55,232 nucleotides of DNA from an uncultured Alphaproteobacteria bacterium (GTDB lineage Bacteria; Pseudomonadota; Alphaproteobacteria; Methylaequorales; Methylaequoraceae), in the NCBI GenBank assembly GCA_902625895.1, contig CACODD010000004.1, positions 1-55,232 on the forward strand, written 5' to 3'. Under the pieces are notes generated by a model that was not told where the DNA came from, ran no database searches, and saw only the letters and a program-made list of their open reading frames with translations. Both the position numbers and the translations under genes were made by a program. This document shows, piece by piece, positions 28,866 through 38,907 of this stretch; the stretch's first letter is position 1, and each line of letters opens with the position of its first letter.

Positions 28866-30134
28866 AAATTCTCTAAAAAAATCGATTTCTGTATGCTTCT
28901 CAAATTTACTCTTTGACCAAATTATTTGTCCAAATGCACTACAATTCTGACAAGTTAGTTGCCATTCTTTTTTTTCAGAATTACATGTTGAGCACTTCCA
29001 TTTTGGATCTGCTATAATGATTCCATCATCATTGAAGGACTTTGGCTCTTTAGTTTGTTCTGAGATCTTTTTATATAAACTAATTACTCGATGATCTCTT
29101 TCGGTCTTTCTAATTTGATCGAGATATTTCTGAGCTTCACCCCAAATTTTTGCTTCAAAACTTGCAAATGCTAAGCTCAACTTAGTTTCATTTGATTTCT
29201 CGTTAACATGTTTTTTTAAAGTTTTAACAATCAGTCTATATCTTTTCAAGGCTTCTTTTTCTCCTTGGGCCTTATACTGCATGAAAGTTTTAATAATATC
29301 AAAACATAGAAGTTGACTCCATGTTTTGCTCAACACTCCAACAGCTTTTTTTAAATTTTGCTTATCTATGTAAAATTTTATAGTTTCGTTTACTACTGGT
29401 ACAGATTGATTAGATAATTTATATGCATCTAAAGCTTCACCTCCAATTAAAATCTTTAGATTAGCTAAATTACTTCTAAGTTGGTTTGGAATTTTTTTTA
29501 AATTATTGATCGTATCATGAGCGAGCTTCCAGTTTTTTTCAAATGCATAAATTCTCGACAACTTTTCATGAAACCAGATATCATCAGGATACTTTTTACA
29601 TAAATTTAAAAGAGCAACTTTTGCATCTTTTTGATTGTTATTTTTTAAGAACAAAACTATTCTTCCTCTTTCAGCAACATATTGAGCCCTAGGAATAGAT
29701 TCCAAAACTCTCAAGTATTTCAATGATTCATTAAGATCGTTTTTAATAAGAGAAGAATTAAAAAGCATAAAGGCAGTAAAAAAATCATTTTTCAAATACT
29801 TTTTAAGCATTCTAGAATTTTTTTCTATGTTACTTGAATCCCCTGTCAGAAGTGCACCAGCAATGTTGTCCAAGCTCTTGTTTGCCAATTGAAGATATTT
29901 TTCATTTCTTTTACTACGAAAGTTTTTAGGTATATTTTTTATAGATGTGAAGGTATATATGACAATTAGAATGGTTGATAAAACAACAACAAAAATGAAT
30001 AAAAGGCCTAAAAGGTTAGTCTCAAAAAAATAATTTTCCCAAAATATTTCAACTTTTCCAGGATTTTCAGACAACCAAACTACAACGGTAGAAGTGAATA
30101 TTAAAATTAGAAAAAGTTTCAAAACTCTAATCAT
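28818..30134 (-). CDS. hemY: HemY-family TPR membrane protein
   Basis: WLSENPGKVEI N-terminal domain, TPR-like body and C-terminal CxxC...CxxC; downstream of hemCD. Confidence 0.8.
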   Translation of the reverse strand: MIRVLKLFLILIFTSTVVVWLSENPGKVEIFWENYFFETNLLGLLFIFVVVLSTILIVIYTFTSIKNIPKNFRSKRNEKYLQLANKSLDNIAGALLTGDSSNIEKNSRMLKKYLKNDFFTAFMLFNSSLIKNDLNESLKYLRVLESIPRAQYVAERGRIVLFLKNNNQKDAKVALLNLCKKYPDDIWFHEKLSRIYAFEKNWKLAHDTINNLKKIPNQLRSNLANLKILIGGEALDAYKLSNQSVPVVNETIKFYIDKQNLKKAVGVLSKTWSQLLCFDIIKTFMQYKAQGEKEALKRYRLIVKTLKKHVNEKSNETKLSLAFASFEAKIWGEAQKYLDQIRKTERDHRVISLYKKISEQTKEPKSFNDDGIIIADPKWKCSTCNSEKKEWQLTCQNCSAFGQIIWSKSKFEKHTEIDFFREFLQNPLRHLPQMKREN

Positions 30135-31152
30135 TTATTTCACCCACGATTTCAAGTAATTGGGATTCTAATAATCTTAATTTTTCTTCAACATCCGAAA
30201 GTTTAGAAGCATCTTCAACCCAAATATCAATTTCATTATCATCAATATTTGATAGTTTAAAAATTTCTATGGCTTCTTCTAAGTTTCCAATAATTAAATA
30301 TTCTTTTGCTTTTACTAATACTTTCCTGAAATTATAAATTTCATATGGAATCTTCTCACTTTTTTCTGAATATTCATTTACTCTAGTTACTTTATAAGTG
30401 CTATTAAGTATATCCTTGATATATTTTACTAAGTTTTCTCTTGAATTTAAGATCTCACTGAATTCTCTTGAGGTCTTATCAAAACTTTTATTTATAAATC
30501 TATCAATATCTACTTCGTAAAAATTAAGTTTCTCATTAAGTCTATCTAACAAATTTGCAACTTTAATTACATTTGAGATTTCTATGCCTTGTAAGTTTAT
30601 TATAGTACTTTTAACTTCAGGCCTGTTATTAAAAATTGAAATAAGAGTATTTAATTCATTCTCGAAACTTTGTCTACTATCAAATTTATTTTTTAAACTT
30701 AATAAGCAATTTAAAATTATATATTTTTCAGCATAGTAAAATTCTGAATTTACTAATTTTCTGCTCTCGTAATTATTTAGTTGTTGAGTTAAATCTGAAA
30801 TTTTTTTATTTGCTCGAGATAACTTTTCGGTGTTTTGCAATGAATCTTGCTTTAAGAGATCGATGTTTTCATTTAAATAAGCAATTTGTTCATTAAAATT
30901 ATTATCTCTCTCTTTTTTATAATTTTTTTTTTCTACCCCTTCAAAAGAGCTTGATCCATTATCATCAAAACTTTTAGAAATAAAATCTTTTACATTAAAA
31001 TTATTTATATAAAAAAAAATCAAGATTGTAGTGATGAATATAGAGAAAATTATAATAGTATATCTCTTGATTTTATTGTGCTTTTTGTACTGATCTCTCT
31101 CCAAATCAATAAAATCACCTTTAGGGGGTGATGATTTATTTGACTCATTCAA
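30127..31152 (-). CDS. Mitofilin/Mic60-like (COG4223) membrane-anchored coiled-coil protein
   Basis: One N-terminal TM, a coiled coil and C-terminal AKEYLIIGNLEEAI...WVEDA; position between hemD and hemY. Confidence 0.65.
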   Translation of the reverse strand: MNESNKSSPPKGDFIDLERDQYKKHNKIKRYTIIIFSIFITTILIFFYINNFNVKDFISKSFDDNGSSSFEGVEKKNYKKERDNNFNEQIAYLNENIDLLKQDSLQNTEKLSRANKKISDLTQQLNNYESRKLVNSEFYYAEKYIILNCLLSLKNKFDSRQSFENELNTLISIFNNRPEVKSTIINLQGIEISNVIKVANLLDRLNEKLNFYEVDIDRFINKSFDKTSREFSEILNSRENLVKYIKDILNSTYKVTRVNEYSEKSEKIPYEIYNFRKVLVKAKEYLIIGNLEEAIEIFKLSNIDDNEIDIWVEDASKLSDVEEKLRLLESQLLEIVGEIND

Positions 31153-31900
31153 TTAACTTCTCCTTTTTGCAGACCTCTCTAATTAATTTTAACATGCTTC
31201 TTTCATTGGGTTGAGAACAAACGAAAACCTTTTCAAATTTTAGTTCTTTTATTTCTTCTGCGATTGAGTCACTTAAGGTAAGAATTTTTTTTCCCCTATA
31301 GTTTTGCATCAAGCTTAACTTAGATAATTCTTTTTTGAAAGAAATAGCTGTTCTTCTTGAAAATAATGTTATTAATCCATCCTTACACGACTTAAAAAAA
31401 TTTTCAAACACTTCTGCCTTCTGATTAACCATAATAGACTCGTAGCAACTTATTTTTTTGTAGTAACAACCCTCACTTCTAAAAAAATCTTCTAAATCTG
31501 AGTTTTGCAGTTTAGAAGTAGGGTGAAGAATTTTGATATTTTGCTGCAAGAAAGGTTTCATCTTTATCTTCAAATTATTGGTGTCACCTTTGATGTTGGT
31601 CACGTTTGCATATCCATTTTTTTTTGCTAAATCAAAAGTTCCATCACCAATTACAAAAATTTTTTTTTTATGTTCTATCTTTTGAAAATTTCTCAACCCA
31701 TTTTTGCTTGTAAATAAAACAAAGTCATAATCTTCATTTTTGTCAAACTCATATTTACATTTAATTATTTGAATTAATGGGGCTAAATAGTACTCAAAAA
31801 AATTTTTATCTAAATATTTAGAAAAATTTAGAGCGTCTTTTTCTGGTCTTGTAAGTAAAATTTTAACTTTTTTATCTAATTTGATTTCTAATTTTGACAC
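31145..31900 (-). CDS. hemD: Uroporphyrinogen-III synthase
   Basis: ILLTRP, FTSKNG, IGDGT and FSRRTA motifs; follows hemC. Start uncertain. Confidence 0.88.
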   Translation of the reverse strand: MSKLEIKLDKKVKILLTRPEKDALNFSKYLDKNFFEYYLAPLIQIIKCKYEFDKNEDYDFVLFTSKNGLRNFQKIEHKKKIFVIGDGTFDLAKKNGYANVTNIKGDTNNLKIKMKPFLQQNIKILHPTSKLQNSDLEDFFRSEGCYYKKISCYESIMVNQKAEVFENFFKSCKDGLITLFSRRTAISFKKELSKLSLMQNYRGKKILTLSDSIAEEIKELKFEKVFVCSQPNERSMLKLIREVCKKEKLIE

Positions 31901-32789
31901 CTAATTTATAACTCTCTGACTTGAAATTCTTAATATCTAGATAAATTTTGTCTTTAACACATCTGGCCCCATCTTGTGAGAATGCTATAAAATTAAAAAT
32001 AATTTTGTCTTTATTATTTATTTTTTTTAAGATTGCGTAACCACCAACTGGCGTCTGGCATGAACCATCAAGAGCATTTAAAAAAATCCTTTCACATTCA
32101 GTCTCAAGGAACGTTTTGGAATGATTAAGTTTTCTAATAACTTTGTTTATATTAATATTTTTAACATTTACTACTAATGCTATTGTACCCTGTCCCAAAG
32201 CGGGAACTATTACTCGTGGATCTATTGTTTTATAGGATTTTTTTATATCTAATCTTTTAAGACCGGCATGTGCGAGAATAATTGCGTCGTAACTTTTTTC
32301 TTTTAGTTTTTTTAGTCTAGTATCAACATTTCCACGTATATCTTTGATTATTAGGTCAGGCCTTATTTTTTTTATTTGCATTGCTCGCCTTATCGAGGAG
32401 GTTCCAATAATTGATTTTTTTGGAAGTTCTTTAATATTTGAATCTCTATTTGAAACAATTGCATCCCTAAAGTTTTCTCTTTTCAGTGTCGCAGCTATTT
32501 CAATTCCTTTTGGCAACTTTGTTGGCAAATCTTTGAGAGAATGAATTCCTAAATTTATTTCAAATTTTAATAATGCTTCATCTATCTCTTTTGAAAATAA
32601 ACCTTTATTACCAAGATCAGAAATTTTTTCATTTAAAAATCTATCTCCAGTTGTTTTAAAAAATTTTTTTTGAATTTTAATTCTTGAAGAAACCTGTTTA
32701 CTCAGCTGAGTTTCGAAAATATCGATATGCTTTTTTGCTAAAAGACTTTCCCGTGATCCAACAATTATATTATCAAAATTATTATGCAT
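31872..32789 (-). CDS. hemC: Hydroxymethylbilane synthase
   Basis: GSRESLLA, KGLFSKEI, HSLKD, GTSSIRR, IRGNVDTRL and cofactor Cys in LDGSCQTP. Confidence 0.97.
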   Translation of the reverse strand: MHNNFDNIIVGSRESLLAKKHIDIFETQLSKQVSSRIKIQKKFFKTTGDRFLNEKISDLGNKGLFSKEIDEALLKFEINLGIHSLKDLPTKLPKGIEIAATLKRENFRDAIVSNRDSNIKELPKKSIIGTSSIRRAMQIKKIRPDLIIKDIRGNVDTRLKKLKEKSYDAIILAHAGLKRLDIKKSYKTIDPRVIVPALGQGTIALVVNVKNININKVIRKLNHSKTFLETECERIFLNALDGSCQTPVGGYAILKKINNKDKIIFNFIAFSQDGARCVKDKIYLDIKNFKSESYKLGVKIRNQIR

Positions 32790-32818
32790 ATACTTTATTT
32801 TACTATTATAAGAAAAAA
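32732..32818. repeat. Direct repeat copy 1 (hemC 5' end plus upstream region)
   Basis: Aligns with 33078-33168; 50/57 identity counted by hand in the core 32732-32788. Confidence 0.85.
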
Positions 32819-32904
32819 TTTGGGAAAAAAATAAATTGATCTACCTAACAAATAAATTTTAATAACAATAGATCAAATTCAAAAACTTACATGGTAAAAA
32901 AAAT

Positions 32905-32922
32905 AAAGTGTATATACACTTT
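32905..32922. promoter_or_regulatory. Perfect 18-bp palindrome, candidate operator
   Basis: AAAGTGTATATACACTTT equals its own reverse complement. Confidence 0.55.
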
Positions 32923-33077
32923 TATATTAAATATTATGTTAGGTGTCAATTTTTGAAACTGATCTTTTTTGATATTCATTTTGTCAAAAGCTAGTAATGT
33001 TTGGTTATGTTTTGGGATATGTTAAAGTATTGTAGAAATTTAAAACTAAGCATATTTTTACTTCAAAAAAATATTAA

Positions 33078-33168
33078 TTTTTGTTAAAAGACTTTATCGT
33101 GATCCAATAATTATATTTTCAGAATTAATATGCACACGCAGGATTTTATTTTAATATTATAAAAAAAA
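33078..33168 (-). pseudogene. Decayed duplicate of the hemC 5' end (repeat copy 2)
   Basis: Minus strand reads (GTG)HINSENIIIGSR*SLLTK versus HemC MHNNFDNIIVGSRESLLAK. Confidence 0.8.
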
Positions 33169-33196
33169 AATAATAAGAACTTTATAAAATTTTAAA

Positions 33197-34228
33197 ATGA
33201 AGGTATTGGGGATAGAAACTAGTTGTGACGAAACTTCTGCTGCTATTGTTGAAAAAAAAAATGGAAGAAAATTTGGAAAGGTGCTTTCTGAAGTCACAGT
33301 TTCTCAAATTAACAAGCATAAAAAATTTGGAGGTGTAGTTCCCGAGCTGGCATCCAGAGAACATAGTAATAATATAGACTTTATAGTACAAAAAACTTTA
33401 AAAAATTCAAATGTAAATCTATCAAAAATTGATGCATTTGCCGCAACTACAGGGCCAGGACTTCTAGGAGGTCTTTTAGTAGGAACCAATTATGCTAAAG
33501 CACTGGCAATTTCTTGTAATAAACCATTTTTATCAATAAACCATCTACAAGGTCATGTTTTAGTTCCAAGAATGAGCAGAGTTATAGATTTTCCTTTTAT
33601 CTGTTTACTTGTATCGGGTGGACACTGTCAAATTCTTCTTGCGAAAGATTATAATAAGTTTAAGGTCATAGGTGAAACGCTTGATGATGCTGTTGGTGAG
33701 GCATACGACAAAATTGCTAAGATATTGGGTTACGACTATCCTGGTGGTCCAATTATAGAAAAACTAGCACTTGAGTGTAATGGGAAATATCATTTTAATC
33801 TACCAAAACCTCTCATTAAAGACAAATCAAAGAATCTTTCATTTTCAGGATTGAAAACAGCTGTAAGAAGAATAATTGAAAAAGGTATTAGTGACGAACA
33901 AAAATTTGATTTAGCAAATGAATTTCAAACTGTAATTTGTGAATGTTTGATTAGCAAAGTTGAACTCGCAATAAATAGCTTAAAATATAGAAACAAGGTA
34001 AATAGTTTTATCCTAACTGGGGGAGTTGCCTCAAATTTATTCATCAGGAGAAAGTTCAAATTACTGTGTAAAAAGAAAGGTTTGTCTTTTATTGCACCAG
34101 AAAAAAAATTATGTACTGATAATGCTAGTATGATAGCTTGGGCTGGGCATGAGATTTTAAATAGAAGAAAAAAAAGCAGTAATTTAAGTTTGTCTCCTAA
34201 ACCTAGGTGGAGGTTGGATTCTTTATGA
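33197..34228 (+). CDS. tsaD: tRNA threonylcarbamoyltransferase TsaD
   Basis: LGIETSCDET, GGVVPELASREH, NHLQGH, LLVSGGH and TDNASMIA motifs. Confidence 0.98.
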   Translation: MKVLGIETSCDETSAAIVEKKNGRKFGKVLSEVTVSQINKHKKFGGVVPELASREHSNNIDFIVQKTLKNSNVNLSKIDAFAATTGPGLLGGLLVGTNYAKALAISCNKPFLSINHLQGHVLVPRMSRVIDFPFICLLVSGGHCQILLAKDYNKFKVIGETLDDAVGEAYDKIAKILGYDYPGGPIIEKLALECNGKYHFNLPKPLIKDKSKNLSFSGLKTAVRRIIEKGISDEQKFDLANEFQTVICECLISKVELAINSLKYRNKVNSFILTGGVASNLFIRRKFKLLCKKKGLSFIAPEKKLCTDNASMIAWAGHEILNRRKKSSNLSLSPKPRWRLDSL

Positions 34229-35160
34229 GAAAAGTCAGTATAATTGGTTCTGGTTCTTGGGCAAGAGCGCTAACAAAAGTCTTTATTAAAAGAGAGCTTT
34301 TAGTAAAGTATAGAAAATCAGTTAATAAATCAAAATTTACAAGCAAAACAATAAAGTTTACTAATCACTTCAAAGATCTTGATAAATCTTACTTCATTTT
34401 TTTAGCGATACCGTCACAATCAATTAGACAAAATCTTATTGAACTAAAAAGTAAAACTAGCTGTTATAATTCAGTTTTTATTATTTGTAGTAAAGGAGTT
34501 GAGCAAAGAACTAATCAGCTTATGAGCGAAGTTGTTTTAGATATATTTCCAAAAAGCAAAATAGTTATTCTTTCTGGTCCAAACTTTTCTTCAGAATTAA
34601 TTGGAAATAAACCCTCAGCTACAGTTTTATCATCATTGAATAAAAAATCATTGTTAGAAGTATCAGAGCTTTTTTCTATAGAAAAGCTTAGGGTATATTT
34701 TAACAACGATATAATTGGAACACAATTGGGTGGGGCAATGAAAAATGTAATTGCTATTGCTTGCGGGTTTGCAAAGGGTAAAAATCTTGGAGAAAATGCT
34801 AAAGCTGCTATAATTACAAGAGGGATGTCTGAGATAGTAAAATTAGGTGTTAAAATGGGAGCAAAAAGAAAAACATTTTATGGTTTATCAGGAATTGGTG
34901 ATCTTACACTTACATGCTCCTCTTTGAAATCAAGAAATACAAAATTTGGTTACGATCTAGCAAAGGGAGTTAAGCTCATTAACTTAAAAGGGAATTGTAC
35001 TTTGGAGGGATTTGAATCATGTGAAAGTATTTGTAAACTAGGACAAAAACATGAGGTTGAATTACCATTATGTAATTCTGTAAAAAAAATAATAAATGGA
35101 GCAAACGCTCAATTGGTTATTTCTAGCCTTTTATCAAGACCACTTCAATTTGAAAACTAA
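34225..35160 (+). CDS. gpsA: NAD(P)H-dependent glycerol-3-phosphate dehydrogenase
   Basis: SKGVE, LSGPNF, GGAMKNVIAIACG and GLSGIGDLTLTCSSLKSRN; ATGA overlap with the tsaD stop. Confidence 0.96.
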   Translation: MRKVSIIGSGSWARALTKVFIKRELLVKYRKSVNKSKFTSKTIKFTNHFKDLDKSYFIFLAIPSQSIRQNLIELKSKTSCYNSVFIICSKGVEQRTNQLMSEVVLDIFPKSKIVILSGPNFSSELIGNKPSATVLSSLNKKSLLEVSELFSIEKLRVYFNNDIIGTQLGGAMKNVIAIACGFAKGKNLGENAKAAIITRGMSEIVKLGVKMGAKRKTFYGLSGIGDLTLTCSSLKSRNTKFGYDLAKGVKLINLKGNCTLEGFESCESICKLGQKHEVELPLCNSVKKIINGANAQLVISSLLSRPLQFEN

Positions 35161-35432
35161 TGGCTTACCTTATAACTTGTACAGATAAAGAAAATTCGAT
35201 TGATTTGAGACTTTCAACAAGAGAAAAACACATCAAATATTTACAAAAAATAAAAAAGAAATTAATTCTTGCCGGGCCTATTTTGGATAAAAACGATAAT
35301 CCTGTGGGTACTGTTTTAATTGTTGATTTTGATAAGCTTACTTCTGTAAAAAAGTTTTTAAATGACGATCCTTACTCGAAAGTTAATCTTTTTAAAGAAG
35401 TAAACATAATTAGATTTAAAAAAGTTATATAA
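35160..35432 (+). CDS. YciI family protein
   Basis: RLSTREKHIKYL, LAGP and DDPY; conserved tsaD-gpsA-yciI order. Confidence 0.9.
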   Translation: MAYLITCTDKENSIDLRLSTREKHIKYLQKIKKKLILAGPILDKNDNPVGTVLIVDFDKLTSVKKFLNDDPYSKVNLFKEVNIIRFKKVI

Positions 35433-35481
35433 AATTTCTTTAAATTGAAAATTTAACGTTGACCATATGCTTATACCAGAG

Positions 35482-35499
35482 TTACAATTCATTTTGTAA
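35482..35499. promoter_or_regulatory. Inverted repeat upstream of acs, candidate operator
   Basis: TTACAA-N6-TTGTAA ending 10 nt before the acs ATG. Confidence 0.35.
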
Positions 35500-35509
35500 A
35501 CTGTAATAA

Positions 35510-37429
35510 ATGAAAAATATAATCGTAAATAAAACTAGCCACAAAAGTTTATCTTTTGAAGATTATAAGAAAGAATATTTAAGATCAATCCATAATTCTG
35601 AAGACTTTTGGACAGAAAAAGCAAATTCAATAAGTTGGATAAAAAAGTTCACCAAAACCAGAGAAAGTTCATTCGAAAAAGACATAAGTGTTAAATGGTT
35701 TGCAGACGGCACATTAAATGTAAGTTTTAACTGTTTAGATAGGCATCTTAAAGAAAGAGGTAACAAAACTGCTATTATTTGGGAATCAGATGATCCAAAT
35801 ATTTCAAAAAAAATAACTTATAGAGAGCTTTATGAAGAAGTTTGTAAATTCTCCAATGGACTAAAATCTATTGGTGTGAAAAAGGGAGACAGGGTAACTA
35901 TCTACATGCCAATGATACCAGAAGCAGCAATAGCAATGTTATCTTGTGCCAGATTAGGAGCTATACACTCTGTTGTTTTTGGGGGGTTTGCACCTGAATC
36001 TTTAAGAAATAGACTCGATGATTGTAGCTCTTCATTTATTATAACTGCAAATGAGGGTATAAGAGGTGGAAAAAAAATTCCATTATTAGCAAATGTGAAG
36101 GAGGCCTTGAAAGGTTATAAAAAAATAAAAAAAAATATTATTGTAAAAAGAACAACCAGCGAGGATCATTTTGAAAGTGAAAATGATATTTGGTATCATG
36201 AACTTATTGCCGACCAATCAAACGAATGTAAACCTGTTGAACAAAATTCTGAAGATCCTTTATTTATTTTATATACCTCAGGATCAACAGGCAAGCCAAA
36301 GGGGGTACTCCATACTAGTGCTGGTTATCTTCTTCATGCTTCATTGAGTCACAAAATTATCTTCAACCTACAAGAGGAAGATATTTATTGGTGCACAGCA
36401 GATGTTGGTTGGGTTACAGGTCATTCGTATATTGTTTACGGTCCTTTGTGTAATGGTGGAACAACATTGATGTTTGAGGGTATCCCTACTTTTCCGACAG
36501 CTGCAAGGTTCTGGGAGGTAATAGATAAATTTAAAGTCAATATTTTTTATACCGCTCCAACTGCTATCAGAGCTTTAATGGGTTTAGGCGATGATTTTGT
36601 AAAGAAAACAAACAGAGCTTCATTAAGAATTCTTGGAACAGTAGGAGAACCAATTAATCCAGAGGCTTGGAATTGGTATTATGAAATAGTTGGAGAAGGA
36701 AGATGTCCTGTAATAGACACATGGTGGCAAACTGAAACTGGTGCAACTTTGATTTCTCCAATAACAGGAACGACTCCCCTCAAACCTGGGTCAGCTACAT
36801 TACCTTTTTATGGTGTTGAGCCAGTGATAGTCGACAATGACGGAAAAGTACTTGAAGGTGCTTGTGAAGGTAATTTATGCATTAGTTCATCATGGCCAGG
36901 AATGATGAGAACAGTTTATAACGATCACAAAAGATTTATTGATACATATTTCTCTTCTTTCAAAGGTAAATATTTCACAGGCGATGGTTGTAAGAGAGAT
37001 GAAGATGGTTACTACTGGATCACAGGACGCGTTGATGACGTTATTAATGTTTCAGGTCATAGACTAGGAACTGCTGAAGTTGAAAGTGCATTGGTTTTAC
37101 ACGAAAAAGTTTCAGAGGCAGCAGTTGTGGGCTATCCTCATGACATAAAGGGTCAAGGAATTTACGCCTATATCACTCTAATGAAGGGACAAGAATATAC
37201 CGATCAGTTAAAAAAAGAACTCGTTTCATGGGTAAGATCAGTTATTGGACCTATTGCCTCGCCTGATATAATTCAGTGGGCACCAAATTTGCCAAAAACC
37301 AGATCAGGAAAAATTATGAGGAGGATATTAAGAAAGGTTGCGTCAAAAGAAGAAGAAGCAATTGGAGATGTCTCGACTCTGAATGAACCAGAAGTTGTTG
37401 AAGAATTAATTAAGAATAGAGTTGATTAA
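35510..37429 (+). CDS. acs: Acetyl-CoA synthetase
   Basis: [33 protein letters not shown] and LPKTRSGK motifs. Confidence 0.98.
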   Translation: MKNIIVNKTSHKSLSFEDYKKEYLRSIHNSEDFWTEKANSISWIKKFTKTRESSFEKDISVKWFADGTLNVSFNCLDRHLKERGNKTAIIWESDDPNISKKITYRELYEEVCKFSNGLKSIGVKKGDRVTIYMPMIPEAAIAMLSCARLGAIHSVVFGGFAPESLRNRLDDCSSSFIITANEGIRGGKKIPLLANVKEALKGYKKIKKNIIVKRTTSEDHFESENDIWYHELIADQSNECKPVEQNSEDPLFILYTSGSTGKPKGVLHTSAGYLLHASLSHKIIFNLQEEDIYWCTADVGWVTGHSYIVYGPLCNGGTTLMFEGIPTFPTAARFWEVIDKFKVNIFYTAPTAIRALMGLGDDFVKKTNRASLRILGTVGEPINPEAWNWYYEIVGEGRCPVIDTWWQTETGATLISPITGTTPLKPGSATLPFYGVEPVIVDNDGKVLEGACEGNLCISSSWPGMMRTVYNDHKRFIDTYFSSFKGKYFTGDGCKRDEDGYYWITGRVDDVINVSGHRLGTAEVESALVLHEKVSEAAVVGYPHDIKGQGIYAYITLMKGQEYTDQLKKELVSWVRSVIGPIASPDIIQWAPNLPKTRSGKIMRRILRKVASKEEEAIGDVSTLNEPEVVEELIKNRVD

Positions 37430-37433
37430 CAGA

Positions 37434-37568
37434 TTAAAAGTCATAACAAATACCTTTTTTTTCCCAATCACCATATCTCGTTGGTTCAGGTCCAGTTGGA
37501 CCACCAATCTCTTTTTCTTTTTGCGGTTTAAGGTTTTTGCTTTTTTTTTGTTTAATATTTTTATTCAT
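37434..37568 (-). CDS. DUF1674 / SdhAF4-like succinate dehydrogenase assembly factor (44 aa, not in ORF track)
   Basis: Translates to [44 protein letters not shown], with the signature [20 protein letters not shown]...DF. Confidence 0.93.
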   Translation of the reverse strand: MNKNIKQKKSKNLKPQKEKEIGGPTGPEPTRYGDWEKKGICYDF

Positions 37569-37609
37569 GATAATAATCTAGTTAATAATTTTACTCTTTC
37601 TATAATTAA

Positions 37610-38902
37610 TTGTTTAACACAAGAGAAATAGCAACTCAAATACTAACTGACATTTATTTAAAATTTGAGTTTTTTGAAACTGCAGTTCTTCTAAGTAAAA
37701 ACTTTAGCAGGCTTAACCAAAGGGATAAAGCATTTGTTAGATATTTAGTTCTCAATACTTTAAGAAGGCATGGACAAGTAGATAAAGTTCTTAATGACTT
37801 TGTAAAGGTTCCAATTAAAAAAAAAAATTTTTATATTTTAAATTTATTAAGATTATCAATTTGTCAAATTCTTTTTTTAGATATAAAAGATTATTCCATC
37901 GTAAACACTGCAGTAGAAATATCTAAAAACTATAAAGTTGACAAATTTGTGAACGGTCTCTTAAGAAACATTTGCAGAAATAAATACAAGATTCTTCAAA
38001 ATTTAGAATATACAAACAATATTCCATATTGGATCAAAAATGACATAATTCAAAATTTAGGTAAAGAAACGTTAGAAAAAATATCTAAAAGAGTAGTTAA
38101 TGAACCAAATTTGAATATCAAAATTAAAGCTAATTGTTTGAAAGAAAAGAATTGGGAAAAACTTCTTAATGGAAAATTTATTTTAAATGATCTCTTAAAA
38201 ACGCAAAATGACGGTTTGATTGAAAAAAAACCCTATTTTAATGAAGGACATTGGTGGGTTCAAAATATCTCTTCGACTTTACCTGTTAGATTTATTTCAA
38301 GAATATTTAATAATTTTGATAAATCTAAAATATCCGTTCTAGATGTCGGTGCCGCACCAGGAGGTAAAACATTTCAGTTAATAGAAGAAAATTTTAATGT
38401 AAAATCTTTAGAAATATCACAAAGACGAATAAGAAGACTAAAAAAAAATTTACAAAGGCTTAAATTTGATACAGAGATTATTTGTGAGGACTTTTTAAAT
38501 TTCGAATATTCAGATTTATTCGATTGTATTTTAATTGATGCGCCATGCAGTGCATCAGGTTTAATGCAAAAAAAACCAGAAATATTGATAAGAGACAAGG
38601 AAAAAAACATAGAAAAGTTAATTGATAAACAACAAAAGATGCTTCAAAAAACAGAACAACTTTTGAAAATTGGAGGTTATATTGTTTACTGTGTTTGCTC
38701 AATACATTCAAGTGAAGGCTCACACCAGATTGAAACTTTTTTAAGAAAAAATAAAAATTTTAAAATTGTTGAATTCAATAACATTGTCAGTAACTTTGGA
38801 AAATATTTAAAAAAAGGTATGTTAACTATCATACCAGAAGATTTCGGTTGTAATGCAGAAGCGGACGGATTTTTTATTTCTATTTTAAAACGAGTAAAAT
38901 AA
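37610..38902 (+). CDS. rsmB: 16S rRNA m5C methyltransferase RsmB/Sun family
   Basis: NusB-like N-terminus (FVNGLLRN), LDVGAAPGGKT, DAPCS and YCVCS. Confidence 0.9.
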   Translation: MFNTREIATQILTDIYLKFEFFETAVLLSKNFSRLNQRDKAFVRYLVLNTLRRHGQVDKVLNDFVKVPIKKKNFYILNLLRLSICQILFLDIKDYSIVNTAVEISKNYKVDKFVNGLLRNICRNKYKILQNLEYTNNIPYWIKNDIIQNLGKETLEKISKRVVNEPNLNIKIKANCLKEKNWEKLLNGKFILNDLLKTQNDGLIEKKPYFNEGHWWVQNISSTLPVRFISRIFNNFDKSKISVLDVGAAPGGKTFQLIEENFNVKSLEISQRRIRRLKKNLQRLKFDTEIICEDFLNFEYSDLFDCILIDAPCSASGLMQKKPEILIRDKEKNIEKLIDKQQKMLQKTEQLLKIGGYIVYCVCSIHSSEGSHQIETFLRKNKNFKIVEFNNIVSNFGKYLKKGMLTIIPEDFGCNAEADGFFISILKRVK

Positions 38903-38907
38903 AACAG

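Noticed and set aside
32836-32876. FNR box
   Set aside because: TTGAT and ATCAA half-sites are about 31 nt apart instead of 4.
33100-33125. TGATCC as an RpoE -35 element
   Set aside because: It is the reverse complement of the hemC Gly-Ser codons in the repeat, and no matching -10 follows.
32790-33196. Replication origin in the long AT-rich gap
   Set aside because: No TTATCCACA-type DnaA boxes were seen; the alphaproteobacterial oriC is linked to hemE rather than hemC; the duplication explains the gap.
37422-37631. 69-aa + strand ORF in the track
   Set aside because: Antisense shadow of the DUF1674 gene and overlaps both neighbours.
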